Part shown: one piece after another, positions 1 through 10,000 of the stretch
Layout: each line of letters opens with the position of its first letter
Numbering within the stretch: the stretch's first letter is position 1
NCBI GenBank assembly: GCA_963739235.1
Contig: CAVTZY010000024.1
Coordinates: 386,402 to 450,401, forward strand
Direction of reading: 5' to 3'
DNA from: Terriglobia bacterium
GTDB lineage: Bacteria; Acidobacteriota; UBA6911
Length of the DNA stretch: 64,000 nt
Translations under genes and position numbers: made by a program
Notes under the pieces: generated by a model
Database searches by the model: none
Seen by the model: only the letters and a program-made list of their open reading frames with translations
Told to the model about the DNA's origin: nothing

Positions 1-1
1 C

Positions 2-343
2 GCAGAAACAAGAGGGAAGATGCAAGGCCGGCAGGACCTCGCGGCAGTAATGTCCTCCATGCAAAGCATGGCGGAAGAACTCGACCGGTTTCAGAATGGT
101 TCTTCATCCGACAACATCGCGGAGATCGGCACGACGCTTACCGGTTTGGAGACCGATGTCGAAGGCACGGATCAGGCGCCGACCGCACCCGAACGGGAGG
201 TCCTGCAGACCTACAGCAGGCGCCTTGAAGCAGCTGTGGCCCGCTGGAAGCAGCTCAGGTCCGGACCGCTTAGTGATCTCGACCACAGGATCCAGGCCGC
301 CGGCTTTCCTTCGATCCTCCTGAATGGGATAGCCGCATCCTGA
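2..343 (+). CDS. 3' end of a gene that starts upstream of the window; product unknown
   Basis: The frame is open from the window edge to TGA at 341-343, and track ORF 20..343 is its tail. A palindromic motif and a hairpin terminator follow. Confidence 0.45.
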   Translation, partial: AETRGKMQGRQDLAAVMSSMQSMAEELDRFQNGSSSDNIAEIGTTLTGLETDVEGTDQAPTAPEREVLQTYSRRLEAAVARWKQLRSGPLSDLDHRIQAAGFPSILLNGIAAS

Positions 344-363
344 AAGCCTCAACGTAATCCCTG

Positions 364-393
364 ATGCGCGTGGCGCACCCAAGCGCATGAAAA
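364..393. repeat. Copy of dispersed imperfect-palindrome motif ATGCGCGTGGCGCACCC..GCGCATGAAAA
   Basis: The same ~30-nt motif recurs at 13011-13042, 13204-13237 and 13381-13413. Confidence 0.7.
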
Positions 394-410
394 TCAATGG
401 CCTGTTTAAG

Positions 411-465
411 GCAGCCACGAATGACACGAATGGGCAAGAACTTCGTGCCATTCGTGGCTGCTTTT
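411..465 (+). terminator. Hairpin GCAGCCACGAATGACACGAA..TTCGTGCCATTCGTGGCTGC followed by TTTTGC; member of a dispersed hairpin family
   Basis: Inverted arms of ~20 bp were read directly, with a T-run after the stem. Related copies lie at 28615-28668 and 31085-31150. Confidence 0.5.
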
Positions 466-598
466 GCAGGCATCAATCTACTGTTCCAGTTATCTGTTCA
501 CTTCTATAAAATCACCGGATGCACAAGACCCAAGCTGGCTTTCGGTTTAAGTTCCACCCGGCCGTCTCCCGACCCGTCCTGTTTCGCGGAGCTCTGCA

Positions 599-1168
599 AT
601 GGGTTGGATAAGCCTCCTGGTAACATCCGTCGCTCTGGCCATGGACGCCTTTGCGGTGGCCATCGTCACCGGGTTGACACTTATGCCGATGACGAAGCGC
701 CATATATTCCGCCTCGCCTTCCATTTCGGCTTGTTTCAGGCCATGATGCCGACCCTGGGATGGGCTGCCGGGACCGTTGTATATCGCTATATCGCTTCCT
801 ATGATCACTGGATTGCCTTCAGCCTGCTTGCGTTCGTCGGCGGCCGGATGATGTGGAATTCACTGGGCGAAGCCAAGGAAGCCCGCGCCACTACCGACCC
901 GACTTCCGGCTGGGATCTTGTGCTGCTCTCGGTGGCTACCAGCATCGACGCTTTGGCCGTCGGGCTCTCCTTGGCCGTCATTCGCTCCGGGATCGTGATT
1001 CCCGCGCTGACCATAGGAGTCGTAGCCTGCGGCTTGACGGTGGTGGGAATGGTATTGGGGCGGCGCATCGGCACCGTCTGGGGCAGGCGCGTGGAGCTAC
1101 TCGGCGGTTTCGTGCTGACCATCATCGGACTCAAGATTCTGGTGGAGCACCTGCTGTCCACACCTTAG
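599..1168 (+). CDS. mntP: Manganese efflux pump MntP (DUF204 family, 189 aa)
   Basis: Shows the two-fold internal repeat with conserved MDAFAV.. and SIDALAVG motifs and six hydrophobic segments. Length and pattern match E. coli MntP/YebN as I recall it. Confidence 0.9.
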   Translation: MGWISLLVTSVALAMDAFAVAIVTGLTLMPMTKRHIFRLAFHFGLFQAMMPTLGWAAGTVVYRYIASYDHWIAFSLLAFVGGRMMWNSLGEAKEARATTDPTSGWDLVLLSVATSIDALAVGLSLAVIRSGIVIPALTIGVVACGLTVVGMVLGRRIGTVWGRRVELLGGFVLTIIGLKILVEHLLSTP

Positions 1169-1490
1169 TTTTGGGGACAAGCTGCTAAACCTCGAAATTC
1201 CACGAAATCCGCGTGGTTTGCCTGGAAAAATTTCGAGGTTTAGTAGCCCGTCCCGAATGGGTTCGACAGCGCCAGCCCAGGGCGTGAGCCCTGGGAATGT
1301 GCACCCGCGTAATACAGCCCTGAAGGGGCGAAACAGCCTGTGCCGCCCTTGCAGGGCTTCACTCGGACTGATCCATTTCCCCAGGGCTGGCGCCCTGGGC
1401 TTTCACTGTTTGACCCTTTCAGGGTCATTTTCCTGCCAAACCTCGCTCGCTGGTGCTTATCTAAGTGCCATTCTAGACTGTCCCCAAAAC
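1169..1490. mobile_element. Composite MITE-like element: palindromic host hairpin plus nested insert (1255-1473)
   Basis: Terminal inverted repeats are TTTTGGGGACA (1169-1179) and TGTCCCCAAAA (1479-1489). The inner element is bounded by GAATGG..CCATTC and flanked by TAGCCCGTCCC/TAGACTGTCCC. It fills the whole gap between the convergent stops of mntP and the GH2 gene. Related copies lie at 57780-58030 and 62533-62909. Confidence 0.6.
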
Positions 1491-4013
1491 CTAGCGGCCG
1501 TTCCCGGCATTGCGTTTGCTTTGCGCGACCTGGTGCTGCAGCGCCTCCTTTGGAATCGGACTGGGCAGAAAGCCCGGACCTTCCCATGTGACCTCAAGTC
1601 CCTGACCGCCGGCGCCCTGGAAGTACGTCAGCTCGATCGGATGCCATCCTGCCGCAAGTGCTATCTCGCCGTGGATCTCGGTCATGCCATGAACCCCATC
1701 ATTAAGGACGACATCCTTGCCCCCGATGCGCAGGCGCGTGCCGTCATCGGAATTGACGTAGAAAACATATACGTCGGTTTTGGGGATCTGAATGTAGCCC
1801 GTGAACCTCAACCCAAAATCGGCTTTCTCGCCTTGAGCGCATTCCAGGTTGAACGCATCGGCTACACCTGTTCTTACCGGCGTGAGGGCTCCAAAATCCG
1901 GGAGTGTGGTCCAATGGCTTTTGTAAAACGCGAAGGCCAGTCCCGGTTCGAGAGCTGTGGGGTGGATTGCATCCAAAATGGCTTGAGCCTTTCGATAGGT
2001 TCTACCGATGGTTACGCTGGCTGTTCCATCCGGCCAGAAATTGCGCGCCTTGAGGATTACATCCCTTTCGATGACAATCGGCGCCGTGTAACGGGATGAA
2101 CGCTCGGTCGGTTCCGTGCCGTCCCGCGTGTAACGGGTTTGGCATGCCGGGTCTGAGGACTGCAGTTTTACCTGAACAGGCGCTACGAAACCTGTGCGTG
2201 TTCCCTCCAACACCGGCGGAAGAAAACCGCGATTGAGTGTGGCGAATGCCTTGGGGTCGAGCTTCGACACCATACGGTCATAGGTCATGAGGCCGTTGAC
2301 TTCGATCTCACAATCCGTCGTCTGGGTATAGACGGCGGCGGCCAGGCCTTTTTTGACCAAACCGTACATAGCGACGAGCAGGTCGGTGTACTTCTGTCGA
2401 TACGCGTCGGAATCGTCAAACGAACGGTATCCCCAATTGCCTTCTTCCTTCCATAAATGCCCCTTGACCGGGAGGCCAAGGCCGCCGAATTCGCCCAGAA
2501 CCACAGCCCGGCCGCTCTCCGGAGGCCGCATAGCAGGACCGGGATAGGTGTGGACGTCGTTTACGTCGCCGAAGCCCTCATCCGTCCAGCCGCTGGCGTT
2601 GCTGACCAGGCGAGTCGGGTCGTAGCTTTTGATCCACTCCGTAATCCGTTTGGTATCGTGCTGTCCCCACCCTTCGTTGAAAGGGACCCACATGACGATC
2701 GACGGATAGTTGTGCAGATGATCGACCATGCCTTTGAGCTCTGTATCCCACTGCCGGTCCGCCTCGGCCAGCGCATCCGCAGCCACGTTTCTCCGATTAA
2801 AATTGCTGCTGGGCATATCCTGCCAGATGAGCAGCCCGAGTTTATCCGCCCAGTAATAGAGGCGCTCGGGTTCGACTTTAACGTGTTTCCGAAGCATATT
2901 GAAACCGAGCGCCTTGATCTGCTCCAGATCGTAACGAAGCGCGGCGTCGGTCGGCGCAGTATAGAGGCCGTCCGGCCACCACCCCTGGTCCAGCGGTCCG
3001 AGCTGGAACAACGGCGCATTGTTCAGGAACAGGCGGTTGAATCCTTCGGCATCGTGCCCGATGGCGATTTTGCGCATGCCGAAGTAGCTCTCCACAGAGT
3101 CGATGGTGCGCGCCTGCGCGTCCAGCAGTGCGACGCGCATGTCATAAAGAAAAGGCGTGTTTGGCGACCACAACCTTGGCTTCGGGATTTTGAGTGTCAC
3201 GGGTTGCCCGGGTCGGCCTTCGCCGCGGGCTAGCATGGTTTTGCCCTCGATCGCCTCGACGCGCACGCGGTGTTCGGCAGCGACGCCGGCCGCCTCCGCC
3301 GTCACGGATAAGGTTTGCTGATCGATATCTGGAATGGTGCTGAGACGGACGATGTGTGCTTGTGGAACCGGTTCGAGCCAAACGGTCTGCCAGATCCCGG
3401 TAACGGCCGTGTAAAAAATACCGCCCGGGCGCAGCACCTGCTTGCCGCGCGGCTGCGTCGCGTTGCTGCCATTGGTTGGATCCCAAACGCGGATTGCGAT
3501 CTTCTGGGGACCGTCACCCTGAAAGAAATCGGAGATGTCAAACGCAAAGGGATCGTAGCCGCCCTTGTGAACGCCTGCCTGGCGGCCGTTGACATAAACC
3601 GTCGTCTCCCAATCTACGGCGCCGAAGCGCAGCATGACGCGCTTCCCCTTCCAGGCTGCAGGGACCTGGAATGAGCGGCGATACCAGAGCGCCTGGTCGG
3701 GACCGACAGCTTTGCCCACGCCCGAGAGCGACGACTCGATGGCGAACGGTACCAGGATGGAGCCCTCGTAACTGCCGGGTTCGCCGGATGCCTTGGCCGT
3801 GATTGCATATTCCCATAGACCATTAAGGTTGAGCCAGGCGGCACGGGTCATGATCGGGCGCGGGTATTCGGGCAAGACCTTGCCGGGATTGACCTCTTTG
3901 GCCCAGGGCGTGCGAATCGTCTGGCCGGCCGGCGTCCAATTCTGCTCAGCGGCAAATACAGTGATGGTAATAGAAAGGATGATCAGTGGGATTCGCGGCG
4001 CTTTCATCGGCAA
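1491..4013 (-). CDS. Glycoside hydrolase family 2 (beta-galactosidase/glucuronidase-like) with C-terminal PA14 domain, secreted
   Basis: 840-aa ORF with an N-terminal signal peptide. The GH2 TIM-barrel region includes ..MWVPFNEGWGQHD... The C-terminal ~130 aa (GLRFTGYIQIPKTDVYVFYVNSDDGTRLRIGG..ELTYFQGAGGQGLEV) is PA14-like. Confidence 0.85.
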   Translation of the reverse strand: MPMKAPRIPLIILSITITVFAAEQNWTPAGQTIRTPWAKEVNPGKVLPEYPRPIMTRAAWLNLNGLWEYAITAKASGEPGSYEGSILVPFAIESSLSGVGKAVGPDQALWYRRSFQVPAAWKGKRVMLRFGAVDWETTVYVNGRQAGVHKGGYDPFAFDISDFFQGDGPQKIAIRVWDPTNGSNATQPRGKQVLRPGGIFYTAVTGIWQTVWLEPVPQAHIVRLSTIPDIDQQTLSVTAEAAGVAAEHRVRVEAIEGKTMLARGEGRPGQPVTLKIPKPRLWSPNTPFLYDMRVALLDAQARTIDSVESYFGMRKIAIGHDAEGFNRLFLNNAPLFQLGPLDQGWWPDGLYTAPTDAALRYDLEQIKALGFNMLRKHVKVEPERLYYWADKLGLLIWQDMPSSNFNRRNVAADALAEADRQWDTELKGMVDHLHNYPSIVMWVPFNEGWGQHDTKRITEWIKSYDPTRLVSNASGWTDEGFGDVNDVHTYPGPAMRPPESGRAVVLGEFGGLGLPVKGHLWKEEGNWGYRSFDDSDAYRQKYTDLLVAMYGLVKKGLAAAVYTQTTDCEIEVNGLMTYDRMVSKLDPKAFATLNRGFLPPVLEGTRTGFVAPVQVKLQSSDPACQTRYTRDGTEPTERSSRYTAPIVIERDVILKARNFWPDGTASVTIGRTYRKAQAILDAIHPTALEPGLAFAFYKSHWTTLPDFGALTPVRTGVADAFNLECAQGEKADFGLRFTGYIQIPKTDVYVFYVNSDDGTRLRIGGKDVVLNDGVHGMTEIHGEIALAAGWHPIELTYFQGAGGQGLEVTWEGPGFLPSPIPKEALQHQVAQSKRNAGNGR

Positions 4014-4254
4014 TTTCCGTCCTTTCGATCGACTGGTTTAATCGTGCCCGCAGCTTCTCTCGCGCAACCGGCGCATGGTATTTTCAAATGTCCTATTCCC
4101 GAACTGGAGGTCTGCCCCGCCGGCGCCGGTAGAGTAAGGAAGAGTATGAAATATCGCACTTCCATGTGCGCAGTATACTCCGACGCTGATGGGGAACGCA
4201 TCAACAGATGCTATGGATTTGATGAGGAATTCCCGGAGTTCATTCGTATATTTG

Positions 4255-4539
4255 CCTAGGAGCCCGTCCGAGAATTAGGAGGGGTCGCGCGCATGGGGCT
4301 TGTGGGGCGAGCTCAAGGCGCGAGGAGGAGGCGATGTCGGTGCACATCGTTGACGACGAGCAACGCGGAGATCGCCCCGCAATCCCCATGCGCCCTTCGG
4401 GTTCCGGCGGCGCGGGGGCATCTGCGGCGTTGGCGCTCCTCGACGATGTGCAGCGACATCGCCTGCGTCGCGCCGCCTTGCATCTGCCCCCGCGGCGCTC
4501 GGAACGCGGCCCCTCCTAATTCTCGGACGGGCTCCTAGG
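4255..4539. repeat. 285-bp near-complete palindrome (long hairpin or MITE-like element)
   Basis: Perfect 30-nt terminal inverted repeat: CCTAGGAGCCCGTCCGAGAATTAGGAGGGG (4255-4284) and its reverse complement (4510-4539). Inner segments are also mutually complementary (GGCGATGTCGGTGCACATCGT.. versus ..ACGATGTGCAGCGACATCGCC). Confidence 0.85.
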
Positions 4540-4634
4540 ATCAGGGGGCGCAATACCCGGCTCGTTTACACGAAGCTCTTGCCGCGGCAGGCTAGTCATT
4601 CAAATGGGGAATGCCGTTCGTCGCGAATTCGACT

Positions 4635-5066
4635 TCAAAGCTTGCGGCTGATTTGCGTGGCGAACTGTTCGAAGTCTTCGAGGCAGTCTTGCAGGAGGTC
4701 GTAGATTTTGCCTCGGTCGAGGTCCAAATAATCGTGCACGAGAATGTTCCGCAGCCCGGCCATTGGCATGAGCCGCTGAGCAAGGTCAATCGGGAGGAAT
4801 CCCCTCTGACCGAGCAGCCGGATCGCATCCCGGTATTCCTCAACGGCTCCCAGCCGCTCGTCGGCAACAATGTGATTGCTGATATCAAGGACTACCTGGA
4901 TAGCCAGCTGAAGGTATCTCTCGACATTTCCGATCACAAAGGGATCGTCGATGAAAGCGGGGCGCGGCTGGCTACGCAGGGTTCTCAACAGCCCGACATA
5001 CTCGCGTAATTTCCTCAAGCGCTTGCCAACCAGGATGGGATCAGTCAAAGAAGGTCCCCTTTGCAA
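4635..5066 (-). CDS. hepT: HepT-type HEPN toxin (DUF86) of a type VII toxin-antitoxin pair
   Basis: 143 aa with the HEPN Rx4HxY motif RNILVHDY. It overlaps the upstream MNT gene by ~26 nt, which is typical TA architecture. Confidence 0.8.
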   Translation of the reverse strand: MQRGPSLTDPILVGKRLRKLREYVGLLRTLRSQPRPAFIDDPFVIGNVERYLQLAIQVVLDISNHIVADERLGAVEEYRDAIRLLGQRGFLPIDLAQRLMPMAGLRNILVHDYLDLDRGKIYDLLQDCLEDFEQFATQISRKL

Positions 5067-5475
5067 GATGCTCCTTTATAGCACGAAGCTGAACCGCCAG
5101 GAAGGGCTTGAAATCGAGAAAGCGCCCGATGCGGTCGGCATCGAAAGCCACCCGCTGCCGAGGATCGCGATCCAGGAGCATCGTCCCATGAGATACGATT
5201 TCATAGGCCAGATGTAGCGGCGCGTTGTTGAGAGCCACGACCTCCACTTTTTCGGTGCCGAGCAGTTCCATGATGCGAGAGATGTACTCGAGCCTGAGTG
5301 AAAAATATCGCGCTTCATCAACATGCGAGCGGAACAGAATCCCGATGTCGATGTCGCTCAGCTTCGAAGCCGTGCCGCGGGCATGGGAACCGAAGAGATA
5401 AACGGCAGCGATGTTGCCATCCTGTTCGACCATCTCCCGAAGGCGCTGGAATCGCGGGTTGCAGGAATCATCCAT
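5041..5475 (-). CDS. mntA: MntA-type minimal nucleotidyltransferase antitoxin
   Basis: Carries the nucleotidyltransferase motif GSHARGTASKLSDIDIGILF (GSx..G..DxD). I prefer the ATG at 5475 (MDDSCNPRF..) to the longer track ORF 5041..5583. Confidence 0.8.
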   Translation of the reverse strand: MDDSCNPRFQRLREMVEQDGNIAAVYLFGSHARGTASKLSDIDIGILFRSHVDEARYFSLRLEYISRIMELLGTEKVEVVALNNAPLHLAYEIVSHGTMLLDRDPRQRVAFDADRIGRFLDFKPFLAVQLRAIKEHLAKGTFFD

Positions 5476-5801
5476 GCCTGCACTATAGCGGAAGCAGGCG
5501 GCTGCGGTCAACGGTGCGCGGCAGGGACGCGAAGCAGCAATCAATCCCCGCCGGAATTTTCTGCGAGGCGAACACCGATACAACTACGCCTGGATGAGTC
5601 ACAAGCGCGGGAATGGAAACCAATTGTCGGCGGGCGCGGACAAGAAACCGGACCGGCCCGGAATACAGAGCGTCGTTCGAAACAACAAGAGCCTGTAATT
5701 CTGCCGACGCTGGTACCGGCCGCTTTGATCGGGTGCCAGTTTCCAGGTTGCTACAGCAGAAGTTGTTGGGAGGGGGCCGGGCGCAGCGTGGATCAGGATT
5801 G

Positions 5802-6947
5802 TCACATGAATTGCATGTTGCGCTCGAAGTCCGCGGCTGAGGTTGCCGCGGCCTTCGCGGTTTCCATGGTGATGACCTCCCGGTTATACAGCTCCGTCAG
5901 GTTCTGATCGAAGGTCTGCATGCCGTAGATATCGCGCCCCTTCTCGATGAATTCCTTGATCATCGCGGTCTTTTCGGGGTCGACAATGCATTCCTGGATG
6001 GATTGGGTCTGGCGCATGATCTCGCAAGCCACCACGCGGCCTGTGCCATCCGCGCGCGGCAGCAGCCGCTGGGAGATTACGGCCAACAGTGTTTCGCTCA
6101 GCCTCAGGCGTATTGCCGGCTGCTCGGCGGGCTCGAACACGCTCAGGATGCGCGAGATCGTCTTGGGCGCATCGGTGGTGTGCACTGTCGACAGCACCAG
6201 ATGCCCGGTTTCGGCAGCCTTGATGGCGATATCCATAGTTTCCTTATCGCGCATCTCCCCGACGAGGATGATGTCCGGATCCTGCCGGAGCGCGGCCCGC
6301 AAGGCTTTGGCGAAGTTTTCCGTGTCGGACCCGCATTCCCGCTGGGTGATAATACAATTACCGTCATTGTAGAGAAATTCGATCGGGTCCTCGATCGTGA
6401 CGACCTTGCATTGCCTGGTCTGATTAATCAGATTGATCATGGCCGCCAAGGTAGTGGATTTGCCGCTGCCCGTGATACCCGTCACGAGCACCAGGCCGCG
6501 CTCGGCCAGGGCAATTTTGTCCAGTACGGGCGGCAATCCCAGACCTTCTATGGTGGGCAGGAGCGACGGGATGTGGCGCAGTACCAGGGAAAGTGAGCGC
6601 CGCTGGCTGGCGATGTTGACGCGATAACGACCATAACCGGCCACAACATACGAACAGTCGCAATCCGTGAGCGACTCGATGAATTGGGAAACGTTCCCCT
6701 TGGCGCACTTGCGGGACGCCAGCAAGATGCCGGCGGTGACAGCCGCCGTTTCCCCGGGCGAGAGATCTCCTCCATCCGGGACAGGAATGAGTTTCCCCAG
6801 CACACGATATCGAAAGCCGCTGCCGACGGAAATATGAAGGTCACTGGCCTGGTGTTCGGCCATGCCTTTCAAGATTTGATTGAAACGCTCGAACGCGTTG
6901 AGACCCGGTTTAATATCGATTTCCATAGGTGATAGACTTATCGTCAA
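5802..6947 (-). CDS. pilT: PilT/PilU-family type IV pilus retraction ATPase (orphan, no other pil genes nearby)
   Basis: Has Walker A GITGSGKST, Walker B/Asp box DIILVGEMRD and the ..TGHLVLSTVHT.. His box. The alternative ATG start at 6926 is possible. Confidence 0.8.
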   Translation of the reverse strand: MTISLSPMEIDIKPGLNAFERFNQILKGMAEHQASDLHISVGSGFRYRVLGKLIPVPDGGDLSPGETAAVTAGILLASRKCAKGNVSQFIESLTDCDCSYVVAGYGRYRVNIASQRRSLSLVLRHIPSLLPTIEGLGLPPVLDKIALAERGLVLVTGITGSGKSTTLAAMINLINQTRQCKVVTIEDPIEFLYNDGNCIITQRECGSDTENFAKALRAALRQDPDIILVGEMRDKETMDIAIKAAETGHLVLSTVHTTDAPKTISRILSVFEPAEQPAIRLRLSETLLAVISQRLLPRADGTGRVVACEIMRQTQSIQECIVDPEKTAMIKEFIEKGRDIYGMQTFDQNLTELYNREVITMETAKAAATSAADFERNMQFM

Positions 6948-7049
6948 GAGATTGCGAAAATGTACGGATAATCATCGATCGCTAATATAGGAAATAAGCA
7001 TATTGACAGTGTGGCGAGGCCGTAAGCTGCCGGTCTGCACGGCATGAGA

Positions 7050-10000
7050 TCACATATCGAGGGCGGAGAGATCGTCCCATAGTTTGCGCAGCATTTGGGC
7101 GGATGGGGCATCGGAGAGTTTGAAGGTGAAAAACTCGGTGCCGTTTGCCGCGAAGAAAAGCACGGCGGTCTTGTTTTCTATCCGAAGTTTGAGATCCTTG
7201 AAGGATACGCTGAACCCGTGCGAGCCCGAAGTCGGCTGAAATACGACATGATAGTAGTCGATGATCAGATCGCCTTTGCAGTTCCCGCGCAAAATGCCGT
7301 GGGAATGTTCCACGGCGAACCGATGCGCCTGCAGCCTGGCTTTGCTCTTGCTGATGCGCCCCCGGTCCGATTCATTCATGGTGCGCAGGACCTGGCCGGG
7401 CACATCGTAAACCAAAGTGATGGCCTGGCCGTTGGCGAAGTCATGGACCATCTCCACCCCTTGACCATTGGTGTTCTTCGCTGCCAGCTTATGCCTGCCG
7501 GCGGCAATGGTCTGATTGACCAACTCTCCGCCGGTTCCTACAGGTTGATCATCGAGCATCAGGGCTGCGGGTTCGGCGATCGAGTACACGCTCAGCGATG
7601 CGCTGCCCGATACCGGGCCTGATTCTGCGCGCTTTCGCATACCCGCCAGCCCGGGATCTGCAGGATTGATACGCTCGATCTTTTCGACTGCCGCTTGAGC
7701 CTCGGCAAGTTTCCCGGCGCTGAGGGCCGTCTCGTAGGATTTCAGGTTTTGCTTTATCTCCACGGTCCGGCCGCGGATTTCTTGCATCTGTGTCGAAGTC
7801 GGATAGCGCGCCATATGTTCGTCGACGGCTGCAAGCGCGTCATCATACTTGCCCTGACGATAGAGTTCTTCGGCGCGCAGGGCTAACGCCTCGGAATCTC
7901 TTTGTTTGTTCGCCGTGAGCTGCGCTTCCTGATCGCGGGCTGCACCCTGCGCCAATTCGGTTTTTTTGGCCTCCAGATTTTTGCGCAGCTTTGCCACTTC
8001 CGGTAGTCCGGGCTCCAACTGGTCTGCCGCATCCAGATCGGTCTTGGCTTTCTGCAGATTCCCGGCCTTGATAGCCGAAGAGGCACTGCCCAACAGCTTC
8101 TGAATCGGCGACATCTGATCATCCGGACCCGATGGCGCGCTGGTTTCCGCCTTGATCTGATCAAGTTCCTCCTTGGCAGGAGCATAATCCGGATAAAGTT
8201 CGAGGAGCCGGCATAAAAACGTCCGGGCTTCTTGGCGGCGGCCGACGGCATGGAGGATTTCGGCCTCCTCCAGCAGGATATCCCTGCGCGCGAAATTGAG
8301 CTGGTTTCGAACTACGGTCGCCATCGGATCATCCGTTCGAGTCTGAGCCGGCTTTCCTCGCCCTAGCATCATCCACCCTTTTTGCACCACGACCTTTCCG
8401 ATGGGTGTGATAAGGCTATCTCGAATTCCGGGAATGGCGAAGGTCAGCACCAGAAGCACGGTGGATGCGCAGATCCAGAGAGCCGTTCTGCGGCGTGCCG
8501 GCTTGGGCAGTGTGGTGGAGAACTGTTCGGCGGCGTTGAGGGGGTTCTCCACAGGAGATGCTTGGACGCCGGCCAAGTGAATATGGTAAAGCGGCTTCTG
8601 GGACTGGGCGGCAGCCGTATTTGCTGCCGGCGCTGGCGGAGATGCATCCGGATTCGACACGGATGAAGACTGCTTGGGGCTGACCGCCGTCGGTTTGTTC
8701 TGTCCGTTGTCCTCCGGATTTGGCTTGCCAGATGCCATCGCTTGCCGCCCGGCCAAGAAACTATCCACCAGTTTCTGGGTACTTTCCTGCCCCTGATCGA
8801 TTTTCTTGAGTAGTTCAGAGAAGCTGTCTTTTGGGGCAATGCGGGGCCGCGACGATTCCATGTTTACGACCGCTGAGGTCGGTGTTGATTCTGCAGTTAT
8901 TGCCGGGGCCGGGGAACGCCAGCTCTCCGTGGGCTCGATGGCCGGAAGGGCTGAAACTTCAACCGCGGCACTCTCATTCGCCGGCTCAGCGGCAGTATTC
9001 TGCGCACCATCCGTGCACGTTTCGGCAGAGGGTTCGCTCACATCATCCGTGGTCAAGAAACCGTTCGTGTCGGGAGCTGGCGGCGCGGTCCCCGCCAATT
9101 CCTGTGGGCCAGGGGATGGCTCAACGGACGGGTTATCCGTGAACACCACCGGCCGACCTCGCTCTGGCGGGATCTCCAAGGGTTCGGACAAGCAAGTGGA
9201 GGATGCTTCTGTTGGAGAGTCCAGCAGGCGATGCTGCTCCGTCAATGTCAGAATCAGGCGGTTCAGCGACTGGTAGTCCGAATCGTGCACACGGAACAGG
9301 ACCTGCTCAATATCGCTCTGGAGCTTTGTCAGCGAGGGGGGCGCACCACCTCTCTTTGCGGCTTTGCGCAAACGGGGCAAGGCTGTCTGTAGCTCGATCC
9401 GCATGCACTCCGAGTCCTCAGCCAATTCTTCCAGCATTCCCTGACAGGCCGTCCCGAATTCCCGCATGCTTGGATACCGCTCCTCGGCTTCCTTAGCCAG
9501 GCATCGTTCCAGGATGGGCCACAGGTTGAAGGGAAGATCCGGAAATTGCTCGACGGTGGGGAACTGCGCCTGGTGCAGGATGCAGTCAAGCGTCTTGTTG
9601 CTGTCGGCGTCATGGAAGGGATGAACGCCTGCAACAAATTCATAGAAAATCAGCCCGAGGGAAAATATGTCCGATTGCGCAGTGGCTTCCCGGCCCATCA
9701 GTTGTTCCGGGGATCGGTAGATGTCGGCCACAGAAGCTCGGTGGGCAGCGCTCGGGGAAGTGGGAATAGACGCGCAGCCGAAGCCCGAGACTTTGGCAGT
9801 CCCATCCGGCAACATATGAATGCTCCTGGGGCGGAGGCCCCGATGCAGAACCCCTTGGGTGTGCGCATGGACAAGGCCCGCTGCCGCCTGGACCATGAAT
9901 GCAATCTTCCATTCCAGCGTGGTAGCGGCATTTTCCGCAATCAATTGCTTTAGATCTTTTCCCGGCAACCACTCCGCTGCCAGAAAGGAGACTTGCCCAT

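Noticed and set aside
470-598. Possible yybP-ykoY manganese riboswitch upstream of mntP
   Set aside because: mntP is often riboswitch-controlled, but I could not find the conserved GGGGAGUAG / GAGAC-type core in this leader. A covariance-model scan would settle it.
1218-2099. 293-aa plus-strand ORF spanning the MITE and the 3' end of the GH2 gene
   Set aside because: The first third translates repeat hairpins (ALKGRNS.., PGLSL..) and the rest is antisense to GH2. It is not a gene.
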